A model generated the notes under the pieces. That model worked only from the letters and a program-made list of their open reading frames with translations. It was not told where the DNA came from and ran no database searches. From an uncultured bacterium (GTDB lineage: Bacteria > Desulfobacterota_D > UBA1144 > Nemesobacterales > UBA2774), in NCBI GenBank assembly GCA_963705505.1, contig CAVPJU010000006.1:332446-396445 (forward strand): a stretch of DNA of 64,000 bases, in the 5' to 3' direction. Position 1 is the first letter of the stretch. Every line of letters begins with the position of its first letter. Positions 29,369 to 38,984 of the stretch are shown here, in pieces. The position numbers and the translations under genes are program-made.

Positions 29369-30084
29369 ATGTCTCATATGCACATACCGGATGGAGTGCT
29401 TCCGATGTGGATCGTAACAGCGGGCTGGATAGCGACAGCCCTGGTACTGGCATTCTGCATCAGGAGGGTGAGCTCGATCGAGCTCAGGCGGAAGATACCG
29501 CTAGTCGGCATAATCTCAGCGCTCATGATAGTGGGCATGTCTCTCGAGATCGTACCGATCGGATACCACGTAAACCTGAGCGTAATAGCGGGTATCGTTC
29601 TCGGCCCGGCCCTGGCTTTTATCTCGGTATTCATAGTGAACCTGATAATCTCGATGTTCGGCCACGGGGGCGTTACGGTCGTCGGGCTCAACACCCTGGT
29701 CATAGGGGCCGAAGCGGTACTGGGCTATTACTTATTTCAATTATTCAGGTCGGTTATAGGGGAAAAACCACTCGGCTGGGAATCCTCGCTCGCCGCCTTC
29801 CTGAGTCTTTTATTAAGCACATCCCTGATGCTGGGAATCGTATACCTATCTCATGTGAGCCCGGCAAAAATCGAGGACATCGGTCATCTGTTATCGGGAA
29901 CGGGCAATAGCATAAGCGGAAATCAGGTCTGCGGACGACGGAATTAATTTCTCCAGGTTCGCCAAAACAGTCTTTATATTGGCCCCGCTGGGGTGGGTAC
30001 TAGAGGCCGCGATAACGGGACTCGTCATCAAGTATGTATCCCGCGTTAGGCCCGACCTGGTCGTGCAAGAGCGGGCATAGGAGC
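29369..30084 (+). CDS. cbiM: ECF-type Co/Ni transporter substrate component CbiM/NikM; apparent +1 frameshift near 29915 (C-terminal 55 aa in another frame)
   Basis: N-terminus MSHMHIPDGVL (the essential His2). The track ORF ends abnormally (...GNQVCGRRN*), while the adjacent frame continues ...PLGWVLEAAITGLVIKYVSRVRPDLV*, typical of a CbiM C-terminus. This second frame was read by eye. Confidence 0.7.
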
Positions 30085-30090
30085 GTATTC

Positions 30091-30916
30091 ATGGACGTTT
30101 CGGCAATTGATTATTACGCAAACCACGGAGCGAGCTTCCTGCACAAGGCCCGCGCCGTATCAAAGATTCTGTTTGCGGGGCTCGTTATCGCATCAGTCGT
30201 AATCACAAGCGACTTCTATCTCCTGCTCGCGATTTATCTATCACTTTTATCATTAGTTATATGGACGAGGCTCCCCGTGCTTAAGATAATCACTATTGCA
30301 GCATATCCCGCGTTATTCGCGCTGATATTCGCGGCCGCGACCTGGAACGGGAGCTGGGTACGCGCGGGCGTGATAATTTTGAAAGGCCCTGGACGCGGCG
30401 CTGGGAATGGTAATTCTCATAGTTACCACCCCTTATCCGGAGGTATTTTCATGTATAAGACCCGTACTGCCGGGGATCATCTCCGAAGGACTTCTGCTCA
30501 CATACAGGTCGCTTTTCATACTCCTCGAGCTCACCGACAACCTCGTCAGGGGCCTCAGGGTCAGGGGCGGACTCACACGCGGGAGATATATTAAAAACGT
30601 CGTTAATTTCTCCTCGGGAATCGGCCTATTGCTGGTAAGGGGGCTCGACATGTCGGAAAAGTTCTACGGAGTGCTGAGCGTCAGAGGGTACAGCGGAAAG
30701 ATATCGGGAAGGGAGAGGGGAGAAAAGACAGGGGTGAACGACTTCACTGCTTTTTTAATAGGCGTAATAATATTTTCAGCAGCGTTATGGATACGAACCG
30801 ATAGGGAAACGTCCGAATACGAAAGCTACTTCCTGGCCTTCTCCATAATCGCGCTTCTTACATCGTCGGCATATTTCTTACTTCCGAAACTCGGGGTGGA
30901 AGCTTGGAAGAAATAG
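30091..30916 (+). pseudogene. cbiQ: ECF transporter transmembrane (T) component CbiQ, split by a frameshift near 30375-30385
   Basis: The track shows two overlapping ORFs in different frames (30034..30594 and 30407..30916). Joined across an A-run they give ...ILKALDAALGMVILIVTTPYPEVF...RSLFILLELTDNLVRGLRVRG...LLLVRGLDMSEKFYGVLSVRGY, a typical CbiQ. Confidence 0.65.
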
Positions 30917-31761
30917 TAAAGGTCAGAGACGTTAATTTTAAATACCCTGACGGGACGGCTCTCAAATTCGACGGGCACGATTTCACCGTCAGGAAAGGGG
31001 AGCGCGTCGTAATGCTGGGGCCCAACGGGAGCGGAAAATCCACACTCCTGTCCCTCCTCCTCGGGCTCCTTAAACCTGTGGACGGCGAGATCGAGGTGCT
31101 TGGCGTAAGCCCCTCGAATGATTACGAAAAGATAAGGGAGAAGATCGGGGCGCTGCTTCAGAACGTAGACCTCCAGATCATAGCGCCCAGGGTGTGGGAC
31201 GACGTCTCGTTCTCTCCCAGGAATTACGGCTACAAAGAAGAAGAAACCGCGAAGCTCGTGGACGATATACTGAAAAAGCTCGACATAGAGCATCTTAAGG
31301 ATAAAGTCCCGCACTATCTGAGCGGAGGAGAAAAAACCAAGGTCGGGCTTGCGGGAGCGCTCGTAATCAAACCCGAGCTCCTCATACTGGACGAGCCGTT
31401 TGAGCACATCGACCCCGCCTGCAGGACGGAGCTGATCAAGTTATTAAATAAGGTGAATAAAGAAAACGGGACGGCTATAATTTTATCGACTCACAACATG
31501 AATACAGTCCCCTTGATCGCGGACACGGTTTACCTGATTGCGGAGGGCGGAAAGATCGTGGGGAAAGGGACTCCGAAGGAAATATTTTCTCAGGTCGAGA
31601 CCCTTTCCAAATGTCATATCGAGCCCCCGGTACTGGGAGAGCTATTCTCTGAGCTGAAAAAACTCGGGGTCGATATGGACGTCTCGCTTACGGTCGATGA
31701 AGCTGCTTGTACAATAGCAAACGCAATGGTATTATCGAAAAATAAAACGGGCCTCGGATGA
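30904..31761 (+). CDS. cbiO: ECF transporter ATP-binding component CbiO
   Basis: Walker A GPNGSGKST, signature LSGGEKTKV, Walker B LILDEP; overlaps the cbiQ end. Confidence 0.9.
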   Translation: MEEIVKVRDVNFKYPDGTALKFDGHDFTVRKGERVVMLGPNGSGKSTLLSLLLGLLKPVDGEIEVLGVSPSNDYEKIREKIGALLQNVDLQIIAPRVWDDVSFSPRNYGYKEEETAKLVDDILKKLDIEHLKDKVPHYLSGGEKTKVGLAGALVIKPELLILDEPFEHIDPACRTELIKLLNKVNKENGTAIILSTHNMNTVPLIADTVYLIAEGGKIVGKGTPKEIFSQVETLSKCHIEPPVLGELFSELKKLGVDMDVSLTVDEAACTIANAMVLSKNKTGLG

Positions 31762-32312
31762 AACCGATAAGAGATATTAACAAAAGCAGGCGTATCGAAA
31801 TTTCTTATCCCCTTCCTGGGAGTACTCCTCGTTTTCTCGATCAGCTTACATAATCACAAGATAAGCCTGAGCCCGGACTCTCACGTAACAATCACTGCCG
31901 CGTCGCATACGGCGAGTCATTCCGTGGACGGATGCTCCGCCTGTCTGCTTCACGGAAATATCAAGCTCACAGTTACGGAAACCGTCTTCAGTCTTATAGA
32001 CGCCGGGCGATCAATTTCATTCAGCGAGAACGAACATTTAAATCCTTATACGTTTTTAAAACAAAATATCCCTTCCCGTTCACCTCCGGCGGTCTAAGCC
32101 GATAATCGTCATTCCGGCCCCCGGAGCCGCATTTTCAGCACACTAATTTCTTCAAGCCCCGAGTTATAGTACGCACTCATCAATTGGGACTATATCGCGG
32201 CATGTCCGACACATCCCGGATCCAAATCCGTCCGGGACTGACCGTGCGTCTCCTCCGGAAAGGCGATATCGAATCCGCTTCGATCATCTAACTACATTTT
32301 CGGAGGTGAGAT

Positions 32313-33698
32313 ATGAATTACGCAAGAATTATTGCGATATTGATAATTTCTTTTATTGCTTCCTCCCCGTTTTTATACAACGATGCGTTCGGGCAGGAGA
32401 GCGATGACGTTAAGAACGAAATAAAAGAGCTTAAACAGATGATGGAGAAAATGCAGCAAAGAATCACCGACCTCGAGGAAAAGAACAGGGTCCTCGAGCA
32501 GCAGGCGAAAGAGAAAGTGAAAGAGAATGTCGTCGTAAAAGAGGAGACACAAATAATTCCGGCAGCGCCTCCGCCCCAGCAGGAGAGCTTTTTAAGCAAA
32601 GTGGCTCAAACGCTAAACCCCGATATTAGCGTTATAGGTATTTTTGCTGCGGCTTGGTACTCCCGGAACGATCCGTACGTTTTTGCCGAGGACGACCCGC
32701 AAAATACCGGAGTAAATTTACAGGAGCTGGAATTGGCTTTCCAAAGTATTGTCGATCCGTATTTCAGGTTCGACACATTCATCTCATTAAAGCAGGATAG
32801 TGTGGAGGTAGAGGAAGCGTACGGGACCTCGCTATTCAGCATGCCTCTGAATACGCAGTTCAGGATGGGGCGTATGAGGGCGAAATTCGGAAGGATTAAC
32901 CAGATACATACGCACGCCCAGAACTTCGTCACCCTCCCGCTAGTCGCTGCTGAGTTCCTGGGCGAGCATCTGAACCCGACGAGCATAGAGACCGATTTCC
33001 TCATCCCCGTGCCCTGGTTCATGGAGCTGAGCGCTTTGGGCGGCAGCCCCGATGTCGAGACCCCGACGTTTGCCACGGATGAGGCTAACGCGAATAACCT
33101 GGCCTACCTGCTCTACGTCTTTCACCTCGCTAATTTCTTCGAAGTGAGCGACTCTCTCGGAGTAAACCTCGGAGCTTCATTCGCCACGGGCAGCAACGGA
33201 ACGGGCCCTAAGGAACGCTCGAACCTCTACGGAGCCGACCTCTACGCTAAATACAGACCGCTCAGAAACAGCCCGTATACGGAACTCAAGCTCCAGTCGG
33301 AGTTCATGTGGAGGCAGGCGGACACGCCTGAAGAGAAGCTCGAGGACTACGGATTTTATGCGGAGGGAATCTACAGGTTCGCAAAGAGATGGAACACGGG
33401 AATGAGATTCGATCTGACCGATACGAACACCCCCGTCGCAGGCGTCCAAGACGGCGTTGAACTCGTATCCGCGGACTCTGCTGACCTCGTCAGCAGCAGA
33501 GCGATCAATCCGGGAGAGACATTAGGATTACCGGGGAGGGCGTATCGCATATCGCCCATGCTGACCTTCAGCCCGAGCGAATTCTCACAATTCAGGCTAG
33601 AGTACGATTACCTGAACCAGAACTATGCAGGAAACCAGCACGCTATCTTCCTGCAGTTCCAGTACGCGATAGGGGCTCACGGGGCGCATCCTTATTAA
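32313..33698 (+). CDS. Outer-membrane porin with N-terminal coiled-coil (OprO/OprP-like phosphate/anion-selective porin architecture)
   Basis: Signal peptide, a roughly 60-aa heptad coiled coil (IKELKQMMEKMQQRITDLEEKNRVLEQQAKEK), then alternating amphipathic beta-strand pattern ending in aromatic ...QFQYAIGAHGAHPY. Confidence 0.55.
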   Translation: MNYARIIAILIISFIASSPFLYNDAFGQESDDVKNEIKELKQMMEKMQQRITDLEEKNRVLEQQAKEKVKENVVVKEETQIIPAAPPPQQESFLSKVAQTLNPDISVIGIFAAAWYSRNDPYVFAEDDPQNTGVNLQELELAFQSIVDPYFRFDTFISLKQDSVEVEEAYGTSLFSMPLNTQFRMGRMRAKFGRINQIHTHAQNFVTLPLVAAEFLGEHLNPTSIETDFLIPVPWFMELSALGGSPDVETPTFATDEANANNLAYLLYVFHLANFFEVSDSLGVNLGASFATGSNGTGPKERSNLYGADLYAKYRPLRNSPYTELKLQSEFMWRQADTPEEKLEDYGFYAEGIYRFAKRWNTGMRFDLTDTNTPVAGVQDGVELVSADSADLVSSRAINPGETLGLPGRAYRISPMLTFSPSEFSQFRLEYDYLNQNYAGNQHAIFLQFQYAIGAHGAHPY

Positions 33699-33718
33699 TC
33701 AAATTTGCTCAGGAGGAA

Positions 33719-34708
33719 ATGAATATGAAACGGTATAACATTCTTCACTGCTTCACGGTATTCATTACTTTCGTCCTCATCTCCATTTTCTTCTACACTG
33801 GGGATGCATCGGCGAAGGTACATATAGTCGCTTCGCTCCCCGACCTTGGGGCAATCGCGCAGGAAATAGGGGGTGACAAGGTCGATGTGGTAACCCTGGC
33901 CAAGGGGTACCAGGACCCGCACTTTGTGGACGCAAAGCCCACATACGTGACGAAGCTTAACAGGGCGGACCTTCTCATCTACAACGGACTCGATCTCGAG
34001 ATCGGCTGGCTGCCCCCTCTGATCACAGGGTCCAGGAACTCCAAGATCACGTCCACGGACGCCCTCGGACGTCTCGACGCTTCCGCCTATATCCCACAGG
34101 TGCTTGAAGTACCGACTACGCAGATCGACAGATCGATGGGAGACATACATCCGAAAGGCAATCCGCATTACCTCCTCGACCCGAGGAACGGTATTCCCAT
34201 TGCCGCCGGGATAACGGCGAGATTAAAGGAGATCGACCCGGAAAACGCCTCTTATTACGAGGAGAATTACAAAAAATTTGCCGATAACCTGAATGCAGAA
34301 AATAAAGCAATGGGACGAGGAGCTCGCTCCTTATAAAGGAACGGAGATCGTTTCTTATCACAAAAACCTCAATATCTTTCGGAGTGGGTCGGATTTAAGG
34401 AAGTGGGATTATAGAGCCGAAGCCAGGCATACCTGCCGTCGCCGTCCCACGTCGCCGACCTGATCAAACAAATGAAAGCGACGGACGTGAAGCTCGTTAT
34501 TGCTTCAAACTATTATCCCCAAAAAACCGGTTCGCTCATCGCTGATCAGACAGGCGCTGTGTTCCTATCCATACCCACAAGCGTAGGGGGGCAGGACGGG
34601 ATTAATACATACTTCGACCTGTTCGATGTGATCGTGGACGATATAACCTCGGCATTGAAGAATAAAACGGGATCGACGAATCATTCGGCCTCGAAGGCGG
34701 GTGGATAG
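33719..34708 (+). pseudogene. znuA: Zn/Mn ABC-transporter periplasmic solute-binding protein ZnuA/TroA family, disrupted by at least 2 (by my reading 4) single-base frameshifts around 34300-34440
   Basis: N-terminal part 33719..34336 (..KVHIVASLPDLGAIAQEIGGDKVDVVTLAKGYQDPHF...GNPHYLLDP..) and C-terminal part 34472..34708 (..VKLVIASNYYPQKTGSLIADQTGA..) are in the same frame but separated by stops. The intervening segments read in shifted frames as WDEELAPYKGTEIVSYHKNLNIF / SEWVGFKEVG / IIEPKPGIP / PSPSHVADLIKQMK. Confidence 0.7.
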
Positions 34709-34805
34709 TTACGCGTACCAATGTAGCCCCCTGTGCTATCTCTCCTAACCGAAATACTCAGGGGACTACATGGTTTATTCAATCAGAAGGACGGTCAGAA
34801 ATCGG

Positions 34806-35543
34806 ATGGCAAACTTAATAAGACTCGAAGACGTGACTCTAGGATATGAGAACAGAGGAATATTGGGTCCTCTAGACCTTTCGATAGAGAGGGGCCAATT
34901 CTGGGGCATATTAGGTCAGAACGGGGGCGGAAAATCCACACTACTCAAAACTCTTCTGGGCCTGCTTCCGCCCGTTTCGGGAAACATAGAATCGGCAGAA
35001 GAAATCGTATTCGGATATGTGCCTCAGCATGAGAAATTCGACCCGATATTCCCTGTTTCGGCAGAGGAGGTCGTATCCATGGGGAGATACAGCAGGGTCT
35101 CCGCGGGAAAAAGGCTCACGAACTCAGATCGCGAAGCGGTAACGCTGTCCCTGGAAAAAGTCGGAATAAGTCATTTGAAAGACCGCACATTCAGGTCCCT
35201 CTCGGGGGGAGAGAAGCAGCGTACTCTCCTCGCCCGCGCCATATCAGGCGAGCCCGACATACTCGTCCTCGACGAGCCTACCGCGTCTGTCGATCTAAAG
35301 GGAGAGGCGCAAATCATGGAGCTCGTGCAAAAGATCAGGTCCGATGACGGGCTGACCGTACTGATGGTGAGCCACTTTTTAAACACGGTTACCAATTACG
35401 CGGACATGATTATGTTGATCGATAAGGACAGCGGATATTTCAAGGCAGGCGGCAGAAGCGAAGTACTGACCGATGACAATTTAAGTAAATTCTTCGGACT
35501 GAGCGCCGGCTCTCAGCAGATGAAGAGTTTGAGAGAAATCTAG
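34806..35543 (+). CDS. znuC: Zn/Mn ABC transporter ATP-binding protein
   Basis: Walker A GQNGGGKST, signature LSGGEKQRTLLARA, Walker B ILVLDEP. Confidence 0.85.
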   Translation: MANLIRLEDVTLGYENRGILGPLDLSIERGQFWGILGQNGGGKSTLLKTLLGLLPPVSGNIESAEEIVFGYVPQHEKFDPIFPVSAEEVVSMGRYSRVSAGKRLTNSDREAVTLSLEKVGISHLKDRTFRSLSGGEKQRTLLARAISGEPDILVLDEPTASVDLKGEAQIMELVQKIRSDDGLTVLMVSHFLNTVTNYADMIMLIDKDSGYFKAGGRSEVLTDDNLSKFFGLSAGSQQMKSLREI

Positions 35544-35565
35544 ATATGGGGACAAGGCATAATTA

Positions 35566-36419
35566 ATGGGAATATTAAAAGAATTTATAGACAGCTATTT
35601 TCTCTGGCGGGACCCGATGATAGTAGGGGCGGTTTCGGGCGCCATATGCGGCTTCCTTGGCGTGTACGTCGTGCTCAGGAGAATAATCTTCGTAAGCGCA
35701 GCGCTTACTCAAATCTCGAGCTTCGGAGTAGCCCTTTCTTTTTACCTCGAGGGGTACAGCCTGGGAGCGCTGGCATCTTTGATACATCCCTTCATTCTGT
35801 CTATAGCCCTCACTTCGCTCGCTGCCCTCTTTTTCGCTCTCAAAAGAGACTATTCGCGCATAAGCCGGGAAGGGGTGATAGGTTTCGGGTTTTTAATCGC
35901 TTCGGGGGCGGTCGTAATACTCGGGGACAGAATAACCAAAGGCGCTCACGATATAGCGAATATCCTTTTCGGGAGCGCCGTCGTCGTTGATCCAAAGGAC
36001 CTGTTAATAATTCCCGCTAGTTGCTCTCGCGGCAGCGATAATCCATGCCATTTACTTTAAAGATTTTATATTCGTTTCGTTTCGACGAAGAATCCGCACG
36101 GTTATTCAAGTATCCGGTCAGAATGCTCAATACAGTTATGCTTATTACCATAGCCGTAGTGGCGTCCGTATCGACCAGAGCGCTTGGGGCGCTTCCGGTC
36201 TTCGCGTTCCTCGCCCTCCCGCCTCTCACTTCACTATTTCTGACGGAGAAGCTCAAGCTTGTTTTCGCGCTCTCGGTAATAGTGGGCGTATCGTCGGCAA
36301 CGCTCGGTTATTTCTTCTCGTTCATACTGTCCATTCCGACAGGGGCTTCCATGGCGGTCTGCGCTTCGATCTTTTTCATCCTGGGTCTCTTGTGGCGTGA
36401 GGTTAGAATCAGGATTTAG
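35566..36419 (+). pseudogene. znuB: Zn/Mn ABC transporter permease (ABC-3 family) ZnuB, split by frameshifts near 36015-36050
   Basis: Track ORFs 35566..36060 (frame 1) and 36045..36419 (frame 3). A short bridging segment ...VALAAAIIHAIYFKDFIFVSF... lies in the third frame. Both shifts are at short homopolymers. Confidence 0.7.
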
Positions 36420-36438
36420 AATGAGGATAAGACAAATA

Positions 36439-36972
36439 ATGAACGCATTATTGCAGACTATGAAATGTCTCCCGCACGCAATGCCGCTGCTGCTTTCAGC
36501 GTTCCTTATATTCTCCGCGTGCAGTAAATACGGAAAAGTCGCCGAGACCCTGGATTTTTTAAAGTTCGAAAGCTTTAACTGCGACGTGGTCAGAGTCGAA
36601 GGAAGCGGCAGTTTTTTTTGCCAGCTCCCGGACATGGACATAGAAACAATCAGGCTCATCGGAATCAGCATCCCGGCGGAGAGTGAAAACGATGCGAAGA
36701 AATATTGCGAATCGGTACTGAGCAGGGGGACGCTCGTAAAAGTAGAGCCCGATAAGGAGCTGAGGGAAAAAGAGGGAGACATTCCGGCTTACGTATTCGT
36801 TCCGGGCGGGAAAATGCTGAATGTTCTCCTTATAGAAAAGGGATATGCAAAACCGGTTACAAAAGAGCTCAATGAAAAGTATATGAATTTATTTGTCGGA
36901 GCCCAGAAAGAAGGAAAAACAGAAAAGAACGAGGCTACAGATGAAGGAGAAAAGCCGCCCTGGCTCAAGTAA
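36439..36972 (+). CDS. Thermonuclease (SNase-like) family nuclease, lipoprotein
   Basis: Lipobox LIFSAC. ...CDVVRVEGSGSFFC...ETIRLIGISIPAES...AKKYCESVLSRGTLVKVEPDKELREKEGDIPAYVFVPGGKMLNVLLIEKGYA matches the SNase OB-fold pattern. Confidence 0.65.
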   Translation: MNALLQTMKCLPHAMPLLLSAFLIFSACSKYGKVAETLDFLKFESFNCDVVRVEGSGSFFCQLPDMDIETIRLIGISIPAESENDAKKYCESVLSRGTLVKVEPDKELREKEGDIPAYVFVPGGKMLNVLLIEKGYAKPVTKELNEKYMNLFVGAQKEGKTEKNEATDEGEKPPWLK

Positions 36973-36982
36973 TGAAACGGAC

Positions 36983-37654
36983 ATGCCGATATTAGAAATT
37001 ACGGATCTCAAAAAAAGTTATATCTCTCCGGAAGGAGAGAGCTTATTAGTGATAGACGTACCTCATTTCTCACTGGAAAAAGGGGAACATGCAGCCCTCA
37101 TGGGAGACAGCGGTTCGGGCAAGACCACTCTTCTAAACCTTATAGCAGGAATACTGAGACCCGACAGCGGGATAATACTCCTTGCGGAGAAGGATATGTC
37201 GACTCTTTCCGAATCAGGAAGGGACAGGCTGAGGGCCGAGAACATAGGGTACATATTTCAAACCTTTAACCTGCTTCAGGGCTATTCGGCGCTTGAGAAC
37301 GTAATGCTCGGGATGATGTTCGGCAGCGGAGAGGATAAGAGTTTGGCGCATTCACTCCTTCAAAGAGTCGGCCTCGGTGACCGGATCAATTACATGCCCG
37401 GTCAACTATCCGTCGGGCAGCAGCAGCGGGTCGCCGTAGCGAGAGCGCTGGCAAACCGTCCCAGACTGGTCCTCGCCGACGAGCCTACGGGGAACCTCGA
37501 CTTCCGGAATTCGGGCGAAGCCGTAAACCTGATCCGCGGGATATGCGGCGAGAACGACGCCGCGCTCCTGCTCGTTAGCCACGATCAGAACGTGCTCGAT
37601 AAATTCGAGCGAGTGGAGAAATTGAGTGAAATAAATCGTGCGCTGAATTATTGA
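36983..37654 (+). CDS. ABC transporter ATP-binding protein, MacB/LolD/FtsE type
   Basis: GDSGSGKTTLLNLIAG, LSVGQQQRVAVARAL, LVLADEPTGNLD. Confidence 0.85.
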   Translation: MPILEITDLKKSYISPEGESLLVIDVPHFSLEKGEHAALMGDSGSGKTTLLNLIAGILRPDSGIILLAEKDMSTLSESGRDRLRAENIGYIFQTFNLLQGYSALENVMLGMMFGSGEDKSLAHSLLQRVGLGDRINYMPGQLSVGQQQRVAVARALANRPRLVLADEPTGNLDFRNSGEAVNLIRGICGENDAALLLVSHDQNVLDKFERVEKLSEINRALNY

Positions 37655-37673
37655 GGCGTAAGCGGGTACTGCT

Positions 37674-38939
37674 ATGAACAAATTAAGCGGAATTTTTCTT
37701 ATAGTAAGGAAGAGCCTGATCCATCATAAGCTGTCGACGGTCGTGACTGTTATCTCAGTGGCGCTCGCAGCGGGCCTCGTCATGTCCGTATTCTGCATAA
37801 GAAATCAGACCTATGATGCGTTTACGGGGGGTCCCGTCGGATTCGACGCTGTGCTCGGGGCACGCGGCAGTCAGCTGCAGCTCGTATTGAATGCGGTATT
37901 TCACCTCGAAACATCTCCCGGAAATATTCCCTGGGAAATGTATCAGGCGGTCAAACGAAATCCGAACGTCGTGCTCGCTATCCCCTATGCGGTCGGAGAC
38001 AATTACAGGGGCTGGAGGATCGTAGGGACGGACAATCAGTTATTTACGGACTTCGAATACCGTAAAGGAAAAAAATTCAAAGTCAGTCCGGGAGGCAGGC
38101 TTTTCGACCCTCAGAAAAAAGAAGCCGTCGTCGGCAGCTACGTCGCAGACAAGACCGGCTTGAAGGTAGGCTCGAAATTCCACCCCTTCCACGGCCTGGT
38201 ATTCGACGAAAGGATGCGCCACGAGGATGAGTACACAGTGGTCGGAGTCTTGGAACCCACAAACTCACCTTCCGACAGGGTGGTCTGGATACCGATCGAG
38301 GAATTCTACCGTATGTCGGGACACGTGCTCAGGGGTGCGGGAGACGTTTACACGCCTGTCGCGGGACAAGAAATACCCGATAAAGACAAGGAAGTGAGCG
38401 CCGTAATGCTGAAGCTAAAAAATCCGCAGGCGGGGTTCTTACTCGATCAGACGATAAACAAGCAGGGAAAAGTCGCCACTCTCGCGTGGCCGATAGGAAA
38501 AGTCATGGCAGATCTGTTCGGAAAAATAGGATGGGTGAACAATATCCTGACTCTCGTCGCATATCTCGTCGTTGTCGTTGCGGCAGGGTCCATACTGGCG
38601 AGCATATACAACACTATGAATGAAAGGAAACGGGAATTCGCGATTCTCAGGGCGCTCGGAGCGAGGAGAAATACGGTATTTACGGCGATAGTTACAGAAT
38701 CGGCATCGATAGCGCTAATGGGAACTTTATTTGGGTACCTGGTCTATGGAGCAATTTTAACCGGAGCGGCTGTGATCGTAAGGGAGCAAACGGGCGTTGC
38801 GCTCGACATATTCCAGTTTAACTGGGTGCTGATTATAAATCCGGTCGTCATGGTTCTGCTGGGCGCCGGGGCCGGGATAATCCCCGCCGTAAAAGCATAC
38901 TCCACGGATGTCGCGACTAATCTAGCGCCCTCTTCCTGA
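37674..38939 (+). CDS. ABC transporter permease, FtsX-like (MacB-type; 4 TM with large periplasmic domain)
   Basis: 421 aa: N-terminal TM, about 230-aa periplasmic domain, and a C-terminal FtsX 3-TM bundle (...EFAILRALGARRNTVFTAIVTES...). Confidence 0.85.
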   Translation: MNKLSGIFLIVRKSLIHHKLSTVVTVISVALAAGLVMSVFCIRNQTYDAFTGGPVGFDAVLGARGSQLQLVLNAVFHLETSPGNIPWEMYQAVKRNPNVVLAIPYAVGDNYRGWRIVGTDNQLFTDFEYRKGKKFKVSPGGRLFDPQKKEAVVGSYVADKTGLKVGSKFHPFHGLVFDERMRHEDEYTVVGVLEPTNSPSDRVVWIPIEEFYRMSGHVLRGAGDVYTPVAGQEIPDKDKEVSAVMLKLKNPQAGFLLDQTINKQGKVATLAWPIGKVMADLFGKIGWVNNILTLVAYLVVVVAAGSILASIYNTMNERKREFAILRALGARRNTVFTAIVTESASIALMGTLFGYLVYGAILTGAAVIVREQTGVALDIFQFNWVLIINPVVMVLLGAGAGIIPAVKAYSTDVATNLAPSS

Positions 38940-38984
38940 GGAGAAACGATGGCTTCAGCGAATAATCTTACAGAGAGGTCAAGT

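Noticed and set aside
29332-29910. 192-aa Arg/His-rich ORF overlapping cbiM in another frame
   Set aside because: The cbiM frame carries the conserved MHIPDG N-terminus and TM pattern. The overlapping frame is low-complexity and spurious.
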